DNA from: Shewanella amazonensis SB2B
GTDB taxonomy: Bacteria; Pseudomonadota; Gammaproteobacteria; Enterobacterales; Shewanellaceae
DNA length: 24,000 bases
Assembly (NCBI RefSeq): GCF_000015245.1
Contig: NC_008700.1
Span: 4,250,317-4,274,316 of the forward strand
Reading direction: 5' to 3'
The translations under genes and the position numbers were made by a program. The notes under the pieces are model-generated. The model was not told where the DNA came from. It was given only the letters and a program-made list of their open reading frames with translations, and did no database searches. The stretch's first letter is position 1; the number at the start of each line of letters is the position of its first letter. Positions 8,296 to 18,145 of the stretch are shown here, piece after piece.

Positions 8296-8753
8296 CAAGA
8301 CCTCCTGGCGTTTGCTTCAGCCAGTTCCTTACGGCGGTTAACGTGTTTGCGGCGGTGGGCGCTGATTTCCACTTCACCGTGACGGGTGATAAAGGCTTCA
8401 ATCCAGCAGGCCACAGCTTCGGGCATGGCCATGTTCAGCACCGGGGTATCGCCTTCCAGACACCCGGCTGCCACGTTTTGATCGGCACTGATACTGGCTG
8501 GCACCCAGGTACCGTCGGCAAGCTCGTCACAAACGATGTAAAGCATGGGGTTATTCATATCCAGATTCAGGCGATAACTCGCGCGCTCGTCCAGATACAG
8601 CTCGAGCAGAACCAACTGCCCTTCTGCGTCGCGTGCCTGACTGGCAGGGATGACTGAATCCAGTTCCCAGGTGGTGGAGGTCCATCGACCCACCTGTTTT
8701 TCAACTTTTTTGAGCGACACATACATGGGCCAAACGCTTTGGGTGTGTTGCAT
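8295..8753 (-). CDS. DUF3305-like protein (uncharacterised)
   Basis: I prefer the ATG at 8753 (MQHTQSVWPMYV...), which has AGGAA about 8 nt upstream. It is translationally coupled to the next gene. The family call comes from recalled co-occurrence with DUF3306 next to molybdoenzymes. Confidence 0.65.
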   Translation of the reverse strand: MQHTQSVWPMYVSLKKVEKQVGRWTSTTWELDSVIPASQARDAEGQLVLLELYLDERASYRLNLDMNNPMLYIVCDELADGTWVPASISADQNVAAGCLEGDTPVLNMAMPEAVACWIEAFITRHGEVEISAHRRKHVNRRKELAEANARRS

Positions 8754-9030
8754 CTTCTCATTCCTCTGGGTTGGGTGCGGCCAGGGAGCCCGCACCGGCT
8801 CTTCACCCCAGACTGCAAAAAGGGTGCCAGCCGAAGGGCCGGAGAAGTTTGAAGTGGATCATCAAATCCTTGGTATTTATAGGACAATTTGTCCCAAGCT
8901 GTTAAGGAAGTGGGACATAACAACACGCTCGACGGAAAATCTGTCGGAAAACTGCGGTGGCGGATCACAAAATCCAGACAGGTACGATACTTGCTAAGCA
9001 TCTGAGTAAGTTACCCCTTTGAGGTTCGCC

Positions 9031-9879
9031 ATGACGGCTGCAAAACCCCACACCCGCTTTATCAAGACCAGTGCCGAGGCCCCCTTAACCATTGCCGTGA
9101 CTGCGGTGGACGAGACAGGCGCCGTGCTCGACAAGCAAATCGCCTGTGAGCGCCCCCTGACCCTGTATCTTAACTGGCGTCCCATAGTGACTCTGATGAC
9201 CCTGGGAGCCCGCCCCGAAGCCCTGGCACTGGGATACATGAAAAATCAGGGATTTATCAAAGACCTGGCACAATTGGAGTCTGTGATTGTGGATTGGGCG
9301 GTCAGCTCGGCGGCCATCATCACCCGGGAGCAAACCGACGATCTGGACAAAAAGTTATCGGAAAAAACCGTCACCACAGGCTGTGGTCAGGGCACGGTCT
9401 ATGGCGATCTGATGGCGGGGCTCGACGACATCAAACTGCCGGTGCCCAGCCTCAAACAAAGCACCCTGTACGGGCTGCTGCGAAACATCAATGATTACAA
9501 CGAAACCTATAAAAATGCCGGCGCAGTGCACGGCTGTGGCCTGTGTGAGGGTGAACAGATACGCTCCTTTGTTGAGGACGTGGGTCGCCACAATGCGGTA
9601 GACACGCTAGCCGGCGAGATGTGGCTAAAGGATGAAGTCGGCAGCGACAAGATTTTCTATACCACAGGCCGCTTAACCTCGGAGATGGTGATAAAGGTGG
9701 CCAAAATGGGCATACCTGTATTGTTGTCCCGCAGCGGCGTGACCCAAATGGGTCTGGAGCTGGCCCAACAACTCGGAATCACCCTCATCGCCAGAGCAAA
9801 AGGCCGGCACTTTTTGGTATATCACGGCGCCGAGACCATAGATTTTGATGCAACCCCAGGGAAGACAGGACAAGGATAA
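9031..9879 (+). CDS. fdhD: Formate dehydrogenase accessory sulfurtransferase FdhD
   Basis: EDVGRHNAVD and the C-terminal SEMVIKVAKMGIPVLLSRSGVT...ITLIARAKG match the FdhD family. The 9019 start in the ORF track is a TTG. The ATG at 9031 has GAGG 7 nt upstream. Confidence 0.9.
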   Translation: MTAAKPHTRFIKTSAEAPLTIAVTAVDETGAVLDKQIACERPLTLYLNWRPIVTLMTLGARPEALALGYMKNQGFIKDLAQLESVIVDWAVSSAAIITREQTDDLDKKLSEKTVTTGCGQGTVYGDLMAGLDDIKLPVPSLKQSTLYGLLRNINDYNETYKNAGAVHGCGLCEGEQIRSFVEDVGRHNAVDTLAGEMWLKDEVGSDKIFYTTGRLTSEMVIKVAKMGIPVLLSRSGVTQMGLELAQQLGITLIARAKGRHFLVYHGAETIDFDATPGKTGQG

Positions 9880-10787
9880 TGACCGACGAAGTGCAGCTGG
9901 TGTATATGAGCGCCAAACAGGTGGCCGAATATTTGGACCTCAATGAGAAAAAGGTCTACGCCATGGCCAATGACCGTATCTTGCCCGCCACCAAGGTAAC
10001 AGGCAAGTGGTTGTTTCCAAAAGTGCTTATTGACAGATGGGTAATGGACTCCTGCCATAGCGGCATGCTCACCGATCGCCTGATTATCACCGGCAGCGAT
10101 GATCCCCTGTTGTCGATGCTGGTAGCCAGACTCATGGGAAAAGTAGGCAGTCGCGAACTGGTGAGTTACAGCGCCACTGGTTCACGTCTGGGACTGGAAC
10201 TGCTCGCCAAGGGTTATGCCGATGTCTGTACCCTGCACTGGGGTAGCTTTGATGAGCGCAACATCCGCCATACCGGGCTGCTAAAAGGCTATCAAAACCA
10301 CCAGCAATGGATACTGGTCCACGGCTACAAGCGCGCTCAGGGGCTGATAGTGAGGCCGGAGATGCATCACAGGGTGCAGGATCAGACAGAACTCTTTACC
10401 CAGCCGCTGCGTTGGGTAAGACGCCAGAATGGTGCAGGCAGCCAGCAGCATCTGGAGCATTGGTTGATGACAAGGGGCATAGCCGCATCTGAGCTGGACG
10501 TGCGTTTTACGGCGTTGAGTGAACGGGAGCTGGCGGGCTATATAGCCCGTGAAGACGCCGATATTGGCTTTGGCTGTCAGGCGGTGGCCAGAGAGAGTGG
10601 CCTGGCCTTCGTGCCACTGCTGACCGAGTCCTTTGATTTTGTGATGTCGCAGGGCATCTATTTCCGCCGCCAGTTACAACAACTGCTGGGCATGCTGACC
10701 GCCCCCGACACCCGCCAGGTAGCGGCCATGTTGGGCGGTTACGACTTAAGTGGCTCCGGGCAGCTGCTCTGGTCCCAGGGACAGTAA
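9879..10787 (+). CDS. Transcriptional regulator with an N-terminal excisionase/MerR-type HTH and a C-terminal periplasmic-binding-protein-like domain (TunR-type architecture; putative molybdate/tungstate sensor)
   Basis: MSAKQVAEYLDLNEKKVYAMANDRILPATKVTGKWLF is a typical HTH_17-like helix-turn-helix. The remaining ~240 aa have alternating beta-alpha character like a type-2 binding-protein fold. The ATG overlaps the fdhD stop as TAATG. An alternative ATG lies at 9906. Confidence 0.7.
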   Translation: MTDEVQLVYMSAKQVAEYLDLNEKKVYAMANDRILPATKVTGKWLFPKVLIDRWVMDSCHSGMLTDRLIITGSDDPLLSMLVARLMGKVGSRELVSYSATGSRLGLELLAKGYADVCTLHWGSFDERNIRHTGLLKGYQNHQQWILVHGYKRAQGLIVRPEMHHRVQDQTELFTQPLRWVRRQNGAGSQQHLEHWLMTRGIAASELDVRFTALSERELAGYIAREDADIGFGCQAVARESGLAFVPLLTESFDFVMSQGIYFRRQLQQLLGMLTAPDTRQVAAMLGGYDLSGSGQLLWSQGQ

Positions 10788-11726
10788 TCAGGTAACAGAC
10801 TCAAAGCGCCAGGCCAGTATCCGGGTGATTTTTTGCCCCTGCTGCATTTCTATCACCTTGATTTCACTGGCGCCGCGCTGCTCCAAACGTCGCTTGCAGG
10901 GGCGCAGGTTATCGCTTTTGGATACCAGCGTCGTAAACCACACGCACAAGTCCGGCAGACGGGCACTTTCGTCAATCAGGCGCAGCAGAAAGCTGCGCTC
11001 TCCGCCATCGCACCACAGCTCGGCATCCTGACCACCAAAATTGAGTGTCTGCGGCTTACCCGGCCCACTGATGTGGCGCTGACCACGGCTCTTGGCCAAT
11101 CCTTCGAGTTTACGGTTAGTCCCCAAGGCCGCTTCGGCGGCACTGGCATGAAACGGCGGGTTACAGACGCACGCTGCGAACTGCTCGTTTGTCTGGGTTA
11201 CGCCGGTAAGAATATGCCTGGGATTGCTTTGAAAACGCAGACTAATGCGTTTTTCGAGCCCTGGATTGGCTTTGAGTATGGTCGCCACATTGGTGAGCGA
11301 GGCCTTGGCAATATCCGTTGCCACCACGGCCCGGCCGAATCGGCTCGCCGCCAGCAGCGCATAAATACCATTGGCTCCCGTGCCTATATCCAGCAGGGGT
11401 AATCCATCGGTTCCCGGTGTTTGCCTGAGCAGATCTTCAAGATGATGCAGATAATCTACCCGGCCCGGGATTGGGGGGCACAAAAAGCCCTTGGGAATAT
11501 CCCAGCGGCTGATGCCATAGTGATGCTTCAGGAGGGCGCAGTTGAGCGCTTTCACCGCCTCAGGGAGGGCAAAGTCGATGGACAAATTGCCATAGGCGTT
11601 GGCGCGCACAAAGGGTTTCAGCGGAGGATGACTCGCCACCAGCGCGGAAAAGTCATAGCCATCGCGATGGGCATTGTCAGGATGCGGCCCCTTAGGCAGC
11701 CCCTGGGATTGTTTTTTTGAGGTCAT
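10788..11726 (-). CDS. rlmF: 23S rRNA m6A1618 methyltransferase RlmF
   Basis: HPDNAHRDGYDF..., WDIPKGFLCPPIPGRVDYLHHLEDLL, DIGTGANGIY and NPPFH motifs match E. coli RlmF/YbiN. I prefer the ATG at 11726, because the 11747 ATG lies inside the terminator hairpin of the upstream gene. Confidence 0.9.
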   Translation of the reverse strand: MTSKKQSQGLPKGPHPDNAHRDGYDFSALVASHPPLKPFVRANAYGNLSIDFALPEAVKALNCALLKHHYGISRWDIPKGFLCPPIPGRVDYLHHLEDLLRQTPGTDGLPLLDIGTGANGIYALLAASRFGRAVVATDIAKASLTNVATILKANPGLEKRISLRFQSNPRHILTGVTQTNEQFAACVCNPPFHASAAEAALGTNRKLEGLAKSRGQRHISGPGKPQTLNFGGQDAELWCDGGERSFLLRLIDESARLPDLCVWFTTLVSKSDNLRPCKRRLEQRGASEIKVIEMQQGQKITRILAWRFESVT

Positions 11727-11733
11727 AGCAGAG

Positions 11734-11756
11734 AAAAACGGCGCCATCCGGCGCCG
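11734..11756 (-). terminator. Rho-independent terminator of the FliL-like gene
   Basis: Minus strand reads CGGCGCC-GGAT-GGCGCCG followed by TTTTTCTCT, about 10 nt after the stop at 11767. Confidence 0.8.
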
Positions 11757-11766
11757 CCTTTGGCCT

Positions 11767-12168
11767 TTAATCGTACAGGTATCGGGTAAAAAGCAGGTTT
11801 ACTATCAGTGCTTTGCCCGTTTCACCTTCGATGAGTCGGTTGACGGCGGCATAGCATTCACGGCGAATTTCTTCACGGCCCGTGAGTGACTTTATTTTCT
11901 CTTCCGGCTGGTTACCGAGAATTTCGATAATGGCCGCCCTGAGCAGTGGGTCGTGACGCTCAATTTGAATGAGGTCATCGGGATTTTTCACCATCAGCTC
12001 CACGCTGATGCGCACGAAGCCCAGTTTTTTGCGGTTGGAAATATAGTTGGTGACTATTTCCGGCTCAAAGCCGTAATAGGCATATTCTTCCAGTTTTTTT
12101 TCCTCTTCTGCCCAGGCGGGCATACCAAGAGACATCACCAGCAATACCAGAGTGAGTAAGTACTTCAT
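11767..12168 (-). CDS. FliL-family (flagellar basal-body-associated-like) small periplasmic protein, located away from any flagellar genes
   Basis: 133 aa. Signal-like N-terminus MKYLLTLVLLVMSLGMPAWA. The core sequence ...FVRISVELMVKNPDDLIQIERHDPLLRAAIIEIL...LLFTRYLY resembles the FliL family pattern. Confidence 0.65.
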   Translation of the reverse strand: MKYLLTLVLLVMSLGMPAWAEEEKKLEEYAYYGFEPEIVTNYISNRKKLGFVRISVELMVKNPDDLIQIERHDPLLRAAIIEILGNQPEEKIKSLTGREEIRRECYAAVNRLIEGETGKALIVNLLFTRYLYD

Positions 12169-12278
12169 CGAAACCAGAACTCCTTATGGACGAATAAGCC
12201 TCAGGTCAGCAACTATCGACCGCCACATCAACATGATAGACTTGGCCCGTTGTAATTTTCTATTGTAGCGAGCAACCC

Positions 12279-12842
12279 ATGAGTGTGACCAGTCTCAGTT
12301 TTCCTTACGGTGAATCCATTTGTTGGTATTCGCCGGATGAGCTGGACAGGTTGCCCGACGGTGCCCTTGCCGATTGGCTACTTGCCAGTGGCAGCCTGAC
12401 GGCCAGGTTAAGAGCCCACTGCAGCCAGTTTGAGGTCCGGGTACTCGGTGAAGCCATGCTGCCAGGCCTGCCCGGCGAACCCCAATTACCCCATACCTGG
12501 GTGCGGGAAGTCTTGCTTATCCTCGACGGTACTCCCTGGGTGTTCGCACGCACTCTGGTGCCAGAAGCCCTGCTGACCCGCTGCGGAGATGAATTAACCG
12601 CACTGGGAGACAGACCCCTTGGCGAACTCCTCTTTTCCAGCAACCTCTTCACACCGGGCCGAATCGAAATCGCTGGCTTTCATTCCTGCGGCACCCTGGC
12701 TCGCCTCGCCGAGAGCCTGGGACAAAATGTCCATGGTCGCCTTTGGGGCCGTCGTCGCTACTTCGAGCGGGAGGGGGACGAGCTGATTGTCAGCGAAATA
12801 TTTCTCCCTGCTGCCATGGATTATATCCTCGGACCTCAATAA
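12279..12842 (+). CDS. ubiC: Chorismate pyruvate-lyase
   Basis: Alignable by eye to E. coli UbiC: LADWLL..S.T.R, WVREVLL..DG.PWVFARTLVP, PLGE.LF and LWGRR...E.FLPA. Confidence 0.85.
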   Translation: MSVTSLSFPYGESICWYSPDELDRLPDGALADWLLASGSLTARLRAHCSQFEVRVLGEAMLPGLPGEPQLPHTWVREVLLILDGTPWVFARTLVPEALLTRCGDELTALGDRPLGELLFSSNLFTPGRIEIAGFHSCGTLARLAESLGQNVHGRLWGRRRYFEREGDELIVSEIFLPAAMDYILGPQ

Positions 12843-12868
12843 AAAACGCCCCAAACGGGGCGTTTTTT
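12841..12868. terminator. Bidirectional rho-independent terminator shared by ubiC (+) and the protease gene (-)
   Basis: AAAAAA-CGCCCC-AAAC-GGGGCG-TTTTTT lies exactly between the two convergent stop codons (12842 and 12872). Confidence 0.85.
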
Positions 12869-12871
12869 ACA

Positions 12872-15688
12872 TCAGGCTTGTCTGCGTCTTGCCATACCGG
12901 CAAGCACCAGCGCCAGGGTGGCCAACCATCCCAGGCTGCCACCACCCGAACCACCATCTGAAGGTGTTACTGCAGGTGCGCTAACGGTTACGCTGGCGCT
13001 GCGGGTAGAGGAAACCCCCTTGCCATCGGTCACAGTGAGGGTCACAGTGTAGCTGCCCGCCGCTGCATAGGTATGGCTTGGCGAGGCAGCTGTGCTGCTT
13101 TGGCCATCACCGAAGCTCCAGGTGTAGCTAAGGTTTCCATCACCACCACTGCTGCTGTTGGTAAAACTGACGGTTAACTGACTGACGCTCTGACTGAAAC
13201 TCGCCGTGACGGGCACAGTTACCGACAATTGCTGAGTCACAGTCACCCCAACACCTTTGCCATCGGTCACCGTCAGGCTGATGTCATAGGTTCCGGTATT
13301 ACCGTAGGTGTAACTCGGGTTGGCCTGAGTAGAACTGGCGCCATTACCAAAGTCCCAGAAGTAGCTGTAATTACCGTCGCCACCGGTGACAGTGCTGGTA
13401 AAGTTTGCCGTAGCACCAGAGAAGGTGACCCCCACGCTGACGTTCATGTCCGTTGGCTCAGGCACACTGCCGTCGTGTTTCTTCAGTCGTACCGTTGCCG
13501 TGCTGTTATTGGCGGCGAGCTGGATCACTTCCATGGTCAGGCCGAGCTCAGGCAATATCATCCCCGCCTGGGGCTTGAGCGGCGCACTGTAATCCAGTGA
13601 ATCATCGAACAAACTCACAGGGCCGAGGTTGGTATCACCGGCGTACGCTGTTTGCTGACGGATACTGAAGGCCGCATCGCGAATCTGCACATCTGTGCCA
13701 CGGGTACCAATCAGGTTCTGATCCGCATCCACTACCCCAATCAGGCCATAGCCGGGGTGCTCAGTGGTGTTGTTATCGCTGTAATCGAAGTTTTCAAACC
13801 ATAACACCACACCGGGACTGTAGCCGTGGCTTGCCAGCCCCTTGTCGATACCGTTTTGGCTGCGCAGTTGGATCAGATAGCGGCGGTCATTGCCCGGACG
13901 GGTATCCGTGGTGCGAACAAAGCCTGCCAACATCATCTTGTCGCTGGTTTCGGCATCATCGCTGTAAAGGGTTTCACTGCCGGAGACGATAGACAGGTTA
14001 TCGATGGCGATACCGTAACCCCCTTCAAACTCGTCGGTTTTGTACACTATGCTGATCTGCTTGCTCATGCCCTTGTAAGCGCTGAGATCGTATGTCAGCT
14101 CAACCCAGTGATCAGGACCTTCGTTTCCGGCAATATTGGCTGAGCTACCGGTAATAACATTGCGTCCTGCCTCGTAATAACTGGTGGCCTTTGTGTGGTT
14201 GCCCGGAATGGGCGTACCATCCACCTGCACCTGCATATAGTCGAAGTCGAACTCGATATCCCAGTGGGCGCGCATTTTCAACGTGAGAGAATCCACCACA
14301 GGCAGGGTCACGTTGAAGGACATGGCATTGTTCAGCTTATGCCCCTTATTGGAGTAGTACTGATAGTCTCCGGCATAGGGCGCCTTGAACGGCAGAGGCT
14401 CGCTGGGCACCTTAAGTGACAGCTGGTTAACCCCGTTGGCATTGACCCCTTCCACCAGATTGAAATCGGTGCCGGCAGAATTCAGGCTATCGAGGCTGAT
14501 TTCCTGTTCCTTAACCCATTTACCCTTGTATTCGCGCTGCAGGAATGAGCGCGCATAAGGACTGAAACCCACTGGCTCCGAACCCGCCACAGTACCAGTC
14601 CAACTACCACCGGACATCAGCGACCAGCTACCCACAGGCGAGCCATCACCGTCCGGGTCGTAGTCATATTCATCGGGCAGACCAAGATCATGGCCAAATT
14701 CGTGGGTGCACACCCCGGCAGCGGCATCTATGGGCTGCACCGTGTAGCCATAGGCTCTCAGGTTGGTGCCGGGAATGGCCTTGCCGTACGCAGAGGGATC
14801 ACTCTGGATAAAGAATCTGTGTGACCAGATAGCATCGGCGCCGAGCACGCCACCACCGGCTTCTTCACCAATGCTGGAATGGAACAGCATGATGTGGTCG
14901 ATAATGCCGTCTGGTTCGTTGAGGTTGCCGTTACTGTTGATATCGTATGGGTCTTCCACGTCATAGCTGGCAAGCTCGGAGGCACTCATGCCAGCCACTG
15001 CCTTGGTGACAGCCTCCAGCACCAACTCGGGCACAGCCTTGTCGTTGTCTTCGTTGCTGGGGTCGTTACCACCATAGTAGGCGGCGTTGTTGTCGGCCCG
15101 CACCCAATCACGGACTGCGCCGGTGAAGAAAAAGGTGTTGCCCGAAGCCTGCTGGAAATATTGAAACCCGGAAATCAACGTCTGGTTGGACGGTCCGGTA
15201 AAGCCCGAAGCAGAAAACAGCATCTGGGAATAATGAATTGCCGGATAGCTGGAGTAATACATGTCAGTATCACCCGCTGTCAGGCGGTTATTGTTGTAGG
15301 GCAGATCCGGAAAATCCACCAACACGCCAAGTACCTTAACGGTTTTGGTGACATCGGCGTCATCCACCTGCTGGTATTGGCTGCGCAGCTTTTGAGCATA
15401 GCGAGCCTTACTGGCAAGGCTTTGCTCCTGAGCTTTGATTTGCTCCATCGCGGGTGTGGACGATTTGGCCCGGGCCACGAACGCAGCCACGGCAGCGGCT
15501 TTGGTTTCGTCACTGGCATCTTCGGCAATTTCACCACGCTTGATAAGCCAGTAAAGCACGCGCTCTTTATTGATAACGCCACTGTCGGCCGGTGAACCCA
15601 TGGCAGGTGCCGCCAGCGCCTGACCACCGGCCAGCGCCAGTAGAATCCCCAAGGCACAGAGCTTGGGCGTATTAAATCGTTTGACCAT
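12872..15688 (-). CDS. Secreted M6-family (immune inhibitor A / PrtV-like) zinc metalloprotease with two tandem PKD domains and a GlyGly-CTERM sorting tail
   Basis: HEFGHDLGLPDEYD is encoded with HEFGH at 14689-14703. Two ~80-aa repeats carry WDFGNG/WSFGDG and TVTDGKG motifs (about 12985-13445). The C-terminus is SGGGSLGWLATLALVLAGMARRRQA. I prefer the ATG at 15688 (MVKRFNTPKLCALGILLALAGGQALA signal peptide), which has AAGGAAGG upstream. Confidence 0.9.
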   Translation of the reverse strand: MVKRFNTPKLCALGILLALAGGQALAAPAMGSPADSGVINKERVLYWLIKRGEIAEDASDETKAAAVAAFVARAKSSTPAMEQIKAQEQSLASKARYAQKLRSQYQQVDDADVTKTVKVLGVLVDFPDLPYNNNRLTAGDTDMYYSSYPAIHYSQMLFSASGFTGPSNQTLISGFQYFQQASGNTFFFTGAVRDWVRADNNAAYYGGNDPSNEDNDKAVPELVLEAVTKAVAGMSASELASYDVEDPYDINSNGNLNEPDGIIDHIMLFHSSIGEEAGGGVLGADAIWSHRFFIQSDPSAYGKAIPGTNLRAYGYTVQPIDAAAGVCTHEFGHDLGLPDEYDYDPDGDGSPVGSWSLMSGGSWTGTVAGSEPVGFSPYARSFLQREYKGKWVKEQEISLDSLNSAGTDFNLVEGVNANGVNQLSLKVPSEPLPFKAPYAGDYQYYSNKGHKLNNAMSFNVTLPVVDSLTLKMRAHWDIEFDFDYMQVQVDGTPIPGNHTKATSYYEAGRNVITGSSANIAGNEGPDHWVELTYDLSAYKGMSKQISIVYKTDEFEGGYGIAIDNLSIVSGSETLYSDDAETSDKMMLAGFVRTTDTRPGNDRRYLIQLRSQNGIDKGLASHGYSPGVVLWFENFDYSDNNTTEHPGYGLIGVVDADQNLIGTRGTDVQIRDAAFSIRQQTAYAGDTNLGPVSLFDDSLDYSAPLKPQAGMILPELGLTMEVIQLAANNSTATVRLKKHDGSVPEPTDMNVSVGVTFSGATANFTSTVTGGDGNYSYFWDFGNGASSTQANPSYTYGNTGTYDISLTVTDGKGVGVTVTQQLSVTVPVTASFSQSVSQLTVSFTNSSSGGDGNLSYTWSFGDGQSSTAASPSHTYAAAGSYTVTLTVTDGKGVSSTRSASVTVSAPAVTPSDGGSGGGSLGWLATLALVLAGMARRRQA

Positions 15689-15841
15689 TGATAACCTTCC
15701 TTTCCGGCCGGGCTGTGACGACCTTTTACTTCGACCCCGAAACATCAGGGAATGTTCCAATTGTAGTCGCTGCCCCCCGGCATGTCCGGGTATGGAACTG
15801 ACCCAGGATCACAACCAACAAAGCAACAGCTTGGGAACAGA

Positions 15842-15870
15842 ACATTAACAGCGCACCGGATTTGTCTCAA
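15842..15870 (-). promoter_or_regulatory. Candidate sigma70 promoter for the protease gene
   Basis: Minus strand reads TTGAGA-17 nt-TAATGT, about 150 nt upstream of the ATG at 15688. This is pattern matching only. Confidence 0.3.
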
Positions 15871-15923
15871 TCCTCGCCAACGGATATCTGCGAGCCATTC
15901 AGGGAGGATTCAGCAAATTTGGC

Positions 15924-18086
<2,163 letters not shown>

Positions 18087-18145
18087 TTATTTGGATACAA
18101 TATTCAAATAATCGCATTCCCACCTGCCACTGGCAAGGAAGGGTT

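Noticed and set aside
8933-8954. Adjacent direct repeats CGGAAAATCTG / CGGAAAACTG in the fdhD upstream region
   Set aside because: They are short, occur only twice, and match no regulator motif I know. I recorded them but they are insufficient for a call.
8953-8969. CRP-like site TGCGG-N7-TCACA upstream of fdhD
   Set aside because: Only the right half-site matches, and the spacer is 7 nt instead of 6.
18113-18129. Sigma54-like element TGGCAG-N-ATGC on the minus strand upstream of the glycosidase gene. It is embedded in the near-palindrome CCTTGCCAGTGGCAGG.
   Set aside because: The GG-to-GC spacing is 11 nt rather than the canonical 10, and the -12 element is AATGC rather than TTGC. It could equally be a weak hairpin following the MarC-family gene.
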